A DNA stretch of 48,134 bases, taken from the NCBI GenBank assembly GCA_037442105.1, contig JBBIQV010000021.1, positions 1 through 48,134 on the forward strand, read 5' to 3'. Shown in pieces: positions 29,670-38,520 of this stretch. The translations under genes were made by a program, and so were the position numbers. Within the stretch, counting starts at the first letter, position 1. Each line of letters opens with the position of its first letter. Below the pieces are notes generated by a model. That model saw only the letters and a list, made by a program, of their open reading frames with translations, was not told the origin of the DNA and ran no database searches. The DNA is from Nitrospiraceae bacterium (GTDB lineage Bacteria; Nitrospirota; Nitrospiria; Nitrospirales; Nitrospiraceae).

Positions 29670-29771
29670 AGAGCTTTTGGTCATCAACTCTCAGCTTCCG
29701 AGAAAGAGACCAGGAGGCTATCTCATCTTGGTGCTGATAGCTGAAAGCTGATCGCTCACCCGGAGGGCCTT

Positions 29772-30527
29772 ATGAAATTCGTGTGTCTCAACTGTGAAAC
29801 CTATATGAGCTTCCAGAAGGTGGAAAAGCCGGCGGAGGGCTCGCTTGGTGTTTTTTTCGGCTGCCTCTCCTGTGGCGCCAAGTTCTCGATGGTGACCAAT
29901 CCAGGCGAAACCCAGATGGTGAGCTCCCTTGGAGTGACGTTGGGCGGCAGGACCACCGCGACGGAGCCGTTCGAGATGACGCGCGGCACGCTCAGAGAAG
30001 AGGCGCAGACCGGAGCCGGCCAGATGGCGGCCTACCTGAATGAGAAGATTCAAGGGGGCCAGCCGGTGTCAGCGAGCACGGCACCGGCTCCAGCAAAGAC
30101 GGGAGAGAAATCCGGTGGCGGCTGCCCGTTCTCGGCGATGGTGGCCGAGATGGGGCTCACCTCCGGTGCCAAGCCCAGTAATGGCGGCGCGGTGGCCTGC
30201 GAGTTTACTTGGTCAGCCGATGCGAAGGAGAAACTCGAACGCCTTCCCGCCTTTGTGAAGCCGATGGTGCAGGGCAGCGTCGAAGCCTATGCGCGGAAAC
30301 ATGGATACAACACGATCACCCTGCAAGTGATGGACGACTCTAAGAATGAATCCAGCAACGGCGTGGTTTGGACGCGTGAAGCGGAGCAGCGGCTCGAGAA
30401 CATTCCCGACTTCATCCGTCCGATGGCTCGTCGAGAGATCGAGCGGGTGGCCAAGGAACGAGGCATGGCGACCATCACAGCGCAGGTGATGGACGAAGCC
30501 AAAGAGAAGTTCATGAAGTTCATGTGA
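29772..30527 (+). CDS. Protein with an N-terminal CxxC..CxxC and two PCP_red-like domains
   Basis: CLNC...CLSC and GGCPF, then WSADAKEKLERLPAFVKP...AYARKHG..TIT and WTREAEQRLENIPDFIRP...VAKERG..TIT. Confidence 0.8.
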   Translation: MKFVCLNCETYMSFQKVEKPAEGSLGVFFGCLSCGAKFSMVTNPGETQMVSSLGVTLGGRTTATEPFEMTRGTLREEAQTGAGQMAAYLNEKIQGGQPVSASTAPAPAKTGEKSGGGCPFSAMVAEMGLTSGAKPSNGGAVACEFTWSADAKEKLERLPAFVKPMVQGSVEAYARKHGYNTITLQVMDDSKNESSNGVVWTREAEQRLENIPDFIRPMARREIERVAKERGMATITAQVMDEAKEKFMKFM

Positions 30528-30542
30528 TGCCGGGCGCGGGGC

Positions 30543-31403
30543 ATGAGGCTCGTGGCGCGAGGCAGAAGAGAAAAGAGGCCCATCCGGCTTACCGGATGGG
30601 CCTTTCGATTATGGGGGAGTAAATGGGGTGAGAGTGTTTGGTGGAAGGGACCGCTTCGCGGCTTGGCGGGAGTCGCTCTTTTCGCCTGCCTGCTTTTATT
30701 CGCCGCACCGCTCCTAGCACAGCACGGTGAGGATGACCAAGCGCCGGCGCATGAAGCATCCACCAGTGGGCACGTGCATCACGACGGATCGGGCGGCCTG
30801 GCAAGATGGGAAGGGTCGCCAGAAGGGGTGGCTTACTCAGAGTTCAACCACCACCTTGCGGGTCTCTTTATACTGGTCATCGGCCTGAGCGAATGGTACC
30901 AGATACTTGCCCTGCCCTTGTGGGGATGGCCACGGCTGCTTCTTCCAGGTGCGCTACTCGGAGCGGGCTTTTTTCTCCTCATCTGGAGTGACCACGAAGC
31001 CTGGCCGATCGGCTCATTGAGTTTCACGCAGACCTTCTTCGGCGACGACTTGGAAACCGTCCAGCACAAAACCTATGCACTGTTAGCGTTGACGGTAGGA
31101 GCCATCGAGTTATGGCGTAGGCTCAGGCGAATAGCGCAGGCAGCCTGGGCTATGCCGCTCCCTTTGTTTGCCATCATCGGCGGGCTCCTGCTGTTTTGGC
31201 ACTCGCATGGAACCCATCCGTCGGCCCATAAGATTGCAAGCCATCATACGATCATGGGGGCGCTGGCCATGACCGCGGGATCAACCAGGCTGGTGTCCGA
31301 ATGGCGACGGCGGCAGGGGGCGAAGGAAGGTCGCTACTGGGATATCGCCTGGGCAGGACTCATTCTTCTGATCGGCGCGCAGTTGTTGTTCTACTCAGAG
31401 TAA
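30543..31403 (+). CDS. His-rich multi-pass membrane protein (start uncertain, probably downstream)
   Basis: Signal-like segment, HVHH, SEFNHHLAG, SDHEAWPIG, QHK, HSH and about six TM segments. The first codons overlap repeat and terminator sequence. Confidence 0.75.
   Translation: MRLVARGRREKRPIRLTGWAFRLWGSKWGESVWWKGPLRGLAGVALFACLLLFAAPLLAQHGEDDQAPAHEASTSGHVHHDGSGGLARWEGSPEGVAYSEFNHHLAGLFILVIGLSEWYQILALPLWGWPRLLLPGALLGAGFFLLIWSDHEAWPIGSLSFTQTFFGDDLETVQHKTYALLALTVGAIELWRRLRRIAQAAWAMPLPLFAIIGGLLLFWHSHGTHPSAHKIASHHTIMGALAMTAGSTRLVSEWRRRQGAKEGRYWDIAWAGLILLIGAQLLFYSE
30576..30606 (+). terminator. Terminator-like hairpin after the mrp-PCP_red pair
   Basis: AGGCCCATCCGG-ctta-CCGGATGGGCCT, with a short T tail and an upstream A run. 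Confidence 0.65.
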
Positions 31404-31431
31404 CGGTCGCATTCTCCCAAGGGCCCATGCA

Positions 31432-31746
31432 ATGGAGCCATCGCGCCCGTCGACCTCCAGCCGCAATCCTGTGGTCGCGGCCATCCTCTCGGCCCTCATG
31501 CCGGGGCTCGGTCAGTTCTATAACGGCCAGTGGGGAAAAGGCGCGTTGTTTTTCTTCGGAGCCTTGGTCGCAGGTGGCGGACTCGCGAGCTCAGGAGTCC
31601 TCAGCCAGCTCGAACAATCGCTCGGTTCAGGCGAGGTCCCATCCGACCTCACTCAGGCTCTCTTGCTTGTCCTGCTCCTGATGGTGCTCGCGTTGTGGAG
31701 CGTCATCGACGCCGTGCGTATCGCCAGAGCCGGGCCCGGTGGGTGA
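31432..31746 (+). CDS. Small membrane protein (PGxGQxY family)
   Basis: RNPVVAAILSALMPGLGQFYNGQWGKG plus TM segments. Confidence 0.75.
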   Translation: MEPSRPSTSSRNPVVAAILSALMPGLGQFYNGQWGKGALFFFGALVAGGGLASSGVLSQLEQSLGSGEVPSDLTQALLLVLLLMVLALWSVIDAVRIARAGPGG

Positions 31747-31932
31747 TTCCCGTCCCTCAGCGTTTGTTTCCTGAAGCCCGTGCTCGTGTGCGCGCGTTTC
31801 CAACGGCCTCGCAGCGTTGACACTTCTGTCGCCTGTGTGTTAGCTGTACCACACACTACAAGATGGATCCGAACTGGTTGGAGCGGCACCTGGGCTGGGG
31901 CAGAAGCTTCGCTAGTCCAGAGGAGGGCAGAA

Positions 31933-32688
31933 ATGGGCGGGCATAGTCACTGGGCGACGATCAAGCGGCATAAGTCCGCGCAGGACGCCAAGCGGGGGAA
32001 AATCTTTACCAGGATCATCCGCGAATTGACCATCGCGGCGAGGTCAGGGGGCGATCCGGAAGGCAATCCCAGACTCCGTTTGGCGATTGCCAAGGCCAAA
32101 GATGCGAACATGCCGGGCGACACGATGAAGAAGGCTATTCAGCGCGGTACGGGCGAATTGCCGGGCGTCACCTATGAAGAGTTTTCGCTGGAGGGGTACG
32201 GACCGGGTGGCACCGCGCTCTTGCTGGAAATTACCTCGGATAACCGCAACCGGACTGTGGCTGAGATCCGCAGTCTGCTGACGAAGAACCACGGCAATAT
32301 GGCGGAAGCCGGAGCGGTCTCTTGGCAATTTCACAAGAAGGGCCTGATCACGGTTGAGAAGGACATGGTAGACGAAGATCGGCTCCTGTCGCTGGCGTTG
32401 GACGCGGGCGCGGAAGACGTGAAAGTAACCGACAAGAGCTTCGAAGTGACTACCGACCCTCACGATTTCGAAGCGGTAAAAAAGGCCTTGGCGGATGCCA
32501 AGATCGGAACAAGTATAGCGGAAATTACGTTCATCCCGCAGAACACAATCCGGCTCGAGGAGAAAGCTGCCGAACAAATGCTGAAGCTCATGGAGATTCT
32601 GGACGAGCACGACGACGTTCAGAAAGTCCATGCGAATTTTGACATCCCGGACGAAGTCATGGAGAAAGTGGCGGCGGCCACCGGATGA
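31933..32688 (+). CDS. yebC: YebC/PmpR-family protein
   Basis: MGGHSHWATIKRHK...EGYGPGG...DNRNRT...DDVQKVHAN; AGGAGG RBS. Confidence 0.96.
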   Translation: MGGHSHWATIKRHKSAQDAKRGKIFTRIIRELTIAARSGGDPEGNPRLRLAIAKAKDANMPGDTMKKAIQRGTGELPGVTYEEFSLEGYGPGGTALLLEITSDNRNRTVAEIRSLLTKNHGNMAEAGAVSWQFHKKGLITVEKDMVDEDRLLSLALDAGAEDVKVTDKSFEVTTDPHDFEAVKKALADAKIGTSIAEITFIPQNTIRLEEKAAEQMLKLMEILDEHDDVQKVHANFDIPDEVMEKVAAATG

Positions 32689-32799
32689 ATGAGGCAGTGA
32701 TCCGAGACGGATGGCGAGTTGCGAAAGATGGTTTCCCGTCCGTTGTGAGTCCTGGTTCACTGCCCGTCACACGCCACCCATCACGCATCACGTGATTTG

Positions 32800-33408
32800 A
32801 TGATTGCCCTCTTGTCGGGCACACTAGCCTTCAAGGCGCCCACCCATCTGACCCTCGATGTCCAGGGGGTTGGATACGAAGTCTTTATTCCTCTCAGCAC
32901 CTATTACGCCCTCCCCAACCTCTACGAACCAACCTCGCTCAGTATCCATACCCATGTGCGGGAAGATGCGATTCAGTTGTTCGGCTTCATGTCGCCTTCG
33001 GAGAAGGAGGCGTTCGTCTTGTTGACAGGGGTCTCCGGTATCGGACCTAAATTGGCGCTCAGTGTTCTCTCCACCCTATCCGTGCCGGATCTGGCGTCCG
33101 CGATTCAATCGGGGGACGTTGAAAAGCTTGCGACCGTCCCTGGTATCGGGAAAAAATCAGCCGGTCGTCTGGCGTTGGAACTCAGGGACCGGGTCGCGCG
33201 CTTACACCCCGCGTCCGGCCAAGCGGCCAGCCGGCCGGCGGAAACGTCCGATCCCGTCTATGACGATGCGTTTTCCGCGCTCATCAATCTGGGGTATCGT
33301 GGAACGGATGTGAAGGATGCGCTAAAGCGTGTGAAGCAGACTCGGGGAGACACGATCGTGCTGAAGGAACTGATCCGTGACGCGCTGAAGGAACTCGCGA
33401 GGGGGTGA
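32800..33408 (+). CDS. ruvA: Holliday junction branch migration protein RuvA
   Basis: GVGYEV, HVREDAIQLFGF, VSGIGPKLAL and VPGIGKKSA. Confidence 0.97.
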   Translation: MIALLSGTLAFKAPTHLTLDVQGVGYEVFIPLSTYYALPNLYEPTSLSIHTHVREDAIQLFGFMSPSEKEAFVLLTGVSGIGPKLALSVLSTLSVPDLASAIQSGDVEKLATVPGIGKKSAGRLALELRDRVARLHPASGQAASRPAETSDPVYDDAFSALINLGYRGTDVKDALKRVKQTRGDTIVLKELIRDALKELARG

Positions 33409-33411
33409 CAC

Positions 33412-33945
33412 ATGCTCCGGAAGGTGCTCGACAATGGGCAACGAGGAACGGCCATGCAACCAATGCGGCTGGCACTCTTGGGCGGTCTGGTGCTTGGCGT
33501 GGTCTGTGGTCCGTTCGGCAGCCCATTCCTCGACGCGGCAGCGGAAGAATCCGCCCAGCCGAAGAGCATTCGGAAAACCTGTGGAAGCTGCCCTGAGGGA
33601 TACGCCATGACCGGCACGACCACCGCACCGGAGATCTGCAAGGATGGCGACCCCACACTGGTGCAATGCGTGCCGCTGGGCGCGAACATGCTTCCAGTCT
33701 GTGGGGCCTGTCCGGAGGGATACGACGAGATCGGCCGATCCTCCATGCCGGTTCGGTGCGGCAACAAAGACGGAGGGCTCCTGACCCAATGCCAATTGCG
33801 GAAAATGGAGAGTACCTTGCCGGATCCTACGCAGGGGTTCAAGTCCTGTCCCCCTGACTGTGGAACTCCTGCCACCCCCGGCCAGGGGAATATGCCGAAG
33901 GTGCCGACCTTCCGGCCGGCTCCGGAGGAAAAGAAAAGCCAGTAA
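33412..33945 (+). CDS. Hypothetical secreted Cys-rich protein with an internal duplication
   Basis: Hydrophobic N-terminus, then two CGxCPEGY...C...QC units and CPPDC. Fills the ruvA-ruvB gap. Confidence 0.7.
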   Translation: MLRKVLDNGQRGTAMQPMRLALLGGLVLGVVCGPFGSPFLDAAAEESAQPKSIRKTCGSCPEGYAMTGTTTAPEICKDGDPTLVQCVPLGANMLPVCGACPEGYDEIGRSSMPVRCGNKDGGLLTQCQLRKMESTLPDPTQGFKSCPPDCGTPATPGQGNMPKVPTFRPAPEEKKSQ

Positions 33946-33984
33946 GGCCGATGGTGAGTCGATGACAGAGGGGAGGATGGTCCG

Positions 33985-34989
33985 GTGACTGACCGGCTCG
34001 TGACCAATCAACTGACGGATGAAGAACGGGGCCTCGAAGCGGCGCTGCGACCGCAGACGCTTGATGAGTATGTCGGCCAGGAACGGATGAAAGAGTCGCT
34101 CCAGATTTGCATCGAGGCCGCCAAAGGACGAGGCGAGTCGCTGGATCACGCCATCTTTTACGGTCCGCCCGGCTTGGGGAAAACGACGATTGCGCACATC
34201 ATCGCGCGTGAGATGGGAGTGGCGATCCGCTCAACCTCTGGGTTGGTGCTCGCTCATGCCGGGGACCTTGCGGCGGTTCTGACGAACCTGCAGGAGCATG
34301 ACATTCTATTCATCGATGAAATCCACCGCCTCCCTGCGGCAGTAGAAGAGGCCCTCTACCCGGCGATGGAGGATTATCAACTGGATCTGGTGATCGGCCA
34401 GGGCCCCTCGATTCGTACCGTGAAGCTCGACCTCCCGCGGTTTACACTGATCGGTGCGACGACACGAGCGGGAGCACTGACTTCTCCTCTCCGGGACCGG
34501 TTCGGGCTTGTCTATCGCCTGGAGTTCTATGCGCCGGCCGAGTTGGAAACCATCGTGAAACGGTCGGCCGGCTTGCTCGGGGTTCCGATCGAGGGCGACG
34601 GTGCCGCTGAGATCGCCGGTCGGGCCCGTGGCACGCCTCGCATCGTCAATCGGTTGGTCAAACGCGTGCGGGACTATGCCCAAATCAAGGCCGGTGGGCG
34701 GATTACCCGGCAGGTTGCCCACGATGCTCTGGCGTGGCTGGGCGTGGATGCAGCCGGATTCGACGAGATGGACCGCAAAATTCTTCTCACCATCATAGAA
34801 AAATTCGGCGGCGGGCCCGTCGGTGTGGAATCACTGGCTGCAGCGGTACAAGAGGATAAGGGCACCCTCGAAGACGTGTATGAACCCTATCTTATCCAGG
34901 CTGGTTTCCTCGACCGGACCGGCCGCGGTCGCCAGGCCACGAAGCTGGCCTTCGACCATTTCAAGAAATCGAAAGGTGCTCTCTTTTAG
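33985..34989 (+). CDS. ruvB: Holliday junction ATPase RuvB
   Basis: [29 protein letters not shown] and PLRDRFG. Confidence 0.98.
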   Translation: MTDRLVTNQLTDEERGLEAALRPQTLDEYVGQERMKESLQICIEAAKGRGESLDHAIFYGPPGLGKTTIAHIIAREMGVAIRSTSGLVLAHAGDLAAVLTNLQEHDILFIDEIHRLPAAVEEALYPAMEDYQLDLVIGQGPSIRTVKLDLPRFTLIGATTRAGALTSPLRDRFGLVYRLEFYAPAELETIVKRSAGLLGVPIEGDGAAEIAGRARGTPRIVNRLVKRVRDYAQIKAGGRITRQVAHDALAWLGVDAAGFDEMDRKILLTIIEKFGGGPVGVESLAAAVQEDKGTLEDVYEPYLIQAGFLDRTGRGRQATKLAFDHFKKSKGALF

Positions 34990-35031
34990 CTCCCGACATT
35001 GCTCCTAAGTCCCTGAGGCATCTTCGTATTC

Positions 35032-35061
35032 TTGCAAAACTTCTCGATCTTCTTGTATCAT
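35032..35061 (+). promoter_or_regulatory. Putative sigma70 promoter for the pheA operon
   Basis: TTGCAA-N18-TATCAT. Confidence 0.45.
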
Positions 35062-35147
35062 GCCCCACTTGGCCTAGGCGCTAGATCCCCGTTTTGTTTT
35101 GTGGACGGGGATCACTCCTCTCAGGCCGGTCGCGAGGTGCCCGGTCT

Positions 35148-36224
35148 ATGCCGAAGGATCTGCAGGATTATCGCCGGGAGATCGACCGAGTCGACGACGA
35201 GATTCTCCGTCTCATGAACGAGCGCTCCAAGTACGTGATCGAGATCGGCAAGCTGAAGAAACTCAAGGACGCCGAGGCTAATTTGCATACCCCCGCGCGC
35301 GAGGCCGCCATTATCGAGCGTCTGATGCGGCAGAACCCCGGTCCGTTCCCCACCGAAGCCATCCGTCCTGTCTACCGGGAGATCATGTCCGCCTCCTTAT
35401 CTTTGGAGGGTCCGCAGAAGGTGGCGTATCTGGGCCCTCGGGCGACGTTTACCCATATGGCTTGCATGCAGAAGTTCGGCTCATCGGCACAGTATGTGCC
35501 GGTGAACAGTATCAAGGAGGTGTTTAACGAAGTTGAGCGTGGTCGGGCCAACTTCGGGGTGGTCCCGATCGAAAATACGACGGAGGGAGTCGTCAATCAC
35601 ACCCTCGATATGTTCATCGATTCGAATCTCCTGATTTATGGGGAGGTCCTCCAGGAAGTGTCGCATCATCTCATGTCCAAGAGCGGGCTGATCGAGGATG
35701 TGAAGAAAATCTACTCGCATCCCCATGCGATTGCCCAATGCCGCAACTGGCTGGAAACTAATTTGCCTCACGTGCCGGTGGCGGAAGTGGCCAGCACCGC
35801 GCGCGCGGCAGAACTGTGTGTCGATGAGCCGGCGGCGGCTGCCATTGCCTCGGAGCTCGCGGCGCAGTTGTATGGCCTCAAAGTCATCCGGCCGCGCATC
35901 GAAGACAATATGAACAACTTCACGCGCTTCCTGGTCTTGTCCCCGAAGCCGCCGGAGCGGACGGGAAAAGACAAAACGTCTCTCATGCTGTCCGTCAAAG
36001 ACAAGGTCGGGGCGCTGTATGACCTGCTCCGTCCCTTTGCATCCCTTGGACTGAACATGACGAAGATCGAGTCGCGACCATCCCGGCGTAAGGCCTGGGA
36101 ATACATCTTCTTCGTTGATATCGAGGGCCACGTGGATGAAGAACGGGTAAAGAAGGCGCTCGAGGAAATCAAGGGCCGCTGTCTCTTCATGAAAATCTTA
36201 GGGTCGTATCCCGCGCACTCGTAA
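35148..36224 (+). CDS. pheA: Chorismate mutase/prephenate dehydratase
   Basis: AroQ domain RREIDRVD, PIENTTEG, NFTRF and ACT domain KIESRP. Confidence 0.96.
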   Translation: MPKDLQDYRREIDRVDDEILRLMNERSKYVIEIGKLKKLKDAEANLHTPAREAAIIERLMRQNPGPFPTEAIRPVYREIMSASLSLEGPQKVAYLGPRATFTHMACMQKFGSSAQYVPVNSIKEVFNEVERGRANFGVVPIENTTEGVVNHTLDMFIDSNLLIYGEVLQEVSHHLMSKSGLIEDVKKIYSHPHAIAQCRNWLETNLPHVPVAEVASTARAAELCVDEPAAAAIASELAAQLYGLKVIRPRIEDNMNNFTRFLVLSPKPPERTGKDKTSLMLSVKDKVGALYDLLRPFASLGLNMTKIESRPSRRKAWEYIFFVDIEGHVDEERVKKALEEIKGRCLFMKILGSYPAHS

Positions 36225-36306
36225 TGGCCGTGAATCGTGAAACGTGAGTCGTTCATCGTGGGGATTTCTGACGACTCGCATTTCATGATGGACGTGTAAC
36301 GAAGAT

Positions 36307-37383
36307 ATGCCGTTGAAGGTTCACCAAGATATTGCCTCCCTCGTACCCTATGTTCCGGGGAAGCCGATCGAGGAGCTGCAGCGAGAACTCGGTCTGCCTC
36401 GCGCGATCAAACTGGCTTCGAACGAGAACCCTATCGGTCCATCGCCCAAGGCACTGGCGGTCCTTCAAGAAACTGCCGGCACCCTGAACCGCTATCCAGA
36501 TGGCGGTGCGTACCGGCTACGCGGCGCTTTGGCTGAACGGTGGAAGGTTGCCCCTGATCAAGTCATTCTCGGAAACGGGTCGGATGAAATCCTCGGGCTT
36601 CTGGCACGAACCTTTCTCGCGCCTGGCGACGAGGCGGTGATGGCCGACCAGACCTTCGTCATTTATAAAATGGAAGTCACGGCTGCGCATGGGGCGCCGG
36701 TGATCGTGCCGTTGAAAGAGGGGCGGCACGATCTTCACGCGATGGCTGATGCGGTGACGGACCGAACAAGACTGCTCTTTGTCTGCAATCCCAACAACCC
36801 AACCGGAACCATGGTGGGTGCCACAGAGGTCGAGGCGCTCATGGCTCGCGTGCCGGACCATGTCATCGTGGTCTTCGACGAGGCCTACTACGAATATGTC
36901 CGCAGTGCAGAGTTTCCGGATAGCCTGGCGTATGTGAAGCGGGGCCGACACGTCATCGTGCTTCGAACCTTTTCAAAAATTTACGGCCTGGCCGGCTTGC
37001 GGATCGGGTATGGGCTCACGACGCCGGAGATTGCCAATTATTTGAATCGCGTGCGGCCGCCTTTTAATGCCAACAGTCTGGCGCAGCGCGCGGCGTTGGC
37101 TGCGCTGAGCGACGAAGAGCACGTGGCAAAGAGCCGGGCGCTCAATCAGCTTGAAATGGAGAAGGTGCGGGCGGGGCTGGTAGCGTTGGGGTTCTCGCCG
37201 CTGCCGAGTGAGACCAATTTCCTGTACTTCGACGTGGGTCGGGATGGCCGGCGCGTGTTTGACGCTTTATTGCAGGAGGGTATCATCGTCCGTCACATTG
37301 AGGGGCGCATGTTGCGTGTGACCATCGGCCTTCCGGAAGAGAATCAGGCGTTCTTGGCGGCGCTCAAAAAGGTTCTCGGATAA
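36307..37383 (+). CDS. hisC: Histidinol-phosphate/aromatic aminotransferase
   Basis: KLASNENP, NPNNPTG, DEAY and RTFSKIYGLAGLRIGY. Confidence 0.95.
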   Translation: MPLKVHQDIASLVPYVPGKPIEELQRELGLPRAIKLASNENPIGPSPKALAVLQETAGTLNRYPDGGAYRLRGALAERWKVAPDQVILGNGSDEILGLLARTFLAPGDEAVMADQTFVIYKMEVTAAHGAPVIVPLKEGRHDLHAMADAVTDRTRLLFVCNPNNPTGTMVGATEVEALMARVPDHVIVVFDEAYYEYVRSAEFPDSLAYVKRGRHVIVLRTFSKIYGLAGLRIGYGLTTPEIANYLNRVRPPFNANSLAQRAALAALSDEEHVAKSRALNQLEMEKVRAGLVALGFSPLPSETNFLYFDVGRDGRRVFDALLQEGIIVRHIEGRMLRVTIGLPEENQAFLAALKKVLG

Positions 37384-37419
37384 TCGACTCGTATCAAAAT
37401 AAAGTGAGAGGGCACCATC

Positions 37420-38433
37420 ATGATCATTGTGTTGAAGCCAGAAGCGACAGAGCGGGAAGTCGATCACATTATTGACCGTCTTCGGGAACTGGGACTCAAG
37501 TCTCATATCTCGACGGGACAGGAACGGACGATCATCGGCGTCATCGGAGATGATCGCATCCTGCACAATCAGCCGCTGACGGCGCTGCCAGGCGTAGAAA
37601 GCGTGCTTCCGATCCTGGCGCCGTGGAAACTCGTGAGCCGGGAGTTCAAGAAGGAGAACACGGTCATCGACGTGGGGGGCGTGAAGATCGGCGGCAAGAA
37701 GCTGGCGATGATGGCCGGCCCATGCGCAGTCGAACGGTTGGAACTGACCGTGGGGATCGCGCACGAAGTGAAAGCGGCCGGCGCGAACGTGCTTCGCGGC
37801 GGGGCCTACAAACCGCGAACCTCGCCCTATTCGTTTCAGGGGTTAGGACGCGAAGGGCTTGATTATCTCCTTGAAGCCAAGAAGCAGACCGGCCTGCCGG
37901 TGGTCAGCGAAATCCTCGACACCCGGGACATCGAGCTGTTCCTCGAAAAAGCCGACATCATCCAGATCGGCGCCCGGAACATGCAGAACTTCGAGTTGCT
38001 CAAAGAGGTGGGGGCCTATGATAAGCCGGTCCTGCTGAAGCGCGGCCTCTCGGCGACCATCAAGGAGTTTCTCTTGTCGGCGGAGTACATCATGTCCCGG
38101 GGGAATCGCAACGTGATGTTGTGCGAGCGCGGGATCAGAACGTTCGAGACGCAGTATCGCAACACCCTCGACCTCGCGGCCATTCCAACGTTGAAAGACC
38201 TGTCCCATCTTCCCGTGATCGTCGATCCCAGCCATGCAACCGGTAAGTGGGATCTGGTGGCGCCGATGTCGAAAGCGGCAGTCGCGGCGGGGGCCGATGG
38301 TTTGTTGATCGAGGTCCATTCGAATCCGGAATGCGCGCTGTGCGACGGTGAAGAATCCATCAAGCCAACAAAGTTCAAAGAACTGATGCAGGACCTCAAG
38401 AAGATCGCGGAGGCGGTCGGGCGCGAGGTGTAA
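37420..38433 (+). CDS. aroF: DAHP synthase (class I-beta, N-terminal regulatory domain)
   Basis: AGPCAVE, GGAYKPRTSPYSFQG, QIGARNMQNF and DPSHATG. Confidence 0.96.
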   Translation: MIIVLKPEATEREVDHIIDRLRELGLKSHISTGQERTIIGVIGDDRILHNQPLTALPGVESVLPILAPWKLVSREFKKENTVIDVGGVKIGGKKLAMMAGPCAVERLELTVGIAHEVKAAGANVLRGGAYKPRTSPYSFQGLGREGLDYLLEAKKQTGLPVVSEILDTRDIELFLEKADIIQIGARNMQNFELLKEVGAYDKPVLLKRGLSATIKEFLLSAEYIMSRGNRNVMLCERGIRTFETQYRNTLDLAAIPTLKDLSHLPVIVDPSHATGKWDLVAPMSKAAVAAGADGLLIEVHSNPECALCDGEESIKPTKFKELMQDLKKIAEAVGREV

Positions 38434-38520
38434 GGGAGCACTCGGCGAACAGTGACCGTGAGGGAGCACCGGGCGGATGGCGCAAGGGTTTTTCAATCCA
38501 GAGCTGAAGGCTGACTGCTG

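Noticed and set aside
29772..30527. PCP_red domains as evidence of photosynthesis
   Set aside because: No BchL/N/B catalytic domains or other photosynthesis genes in the window.
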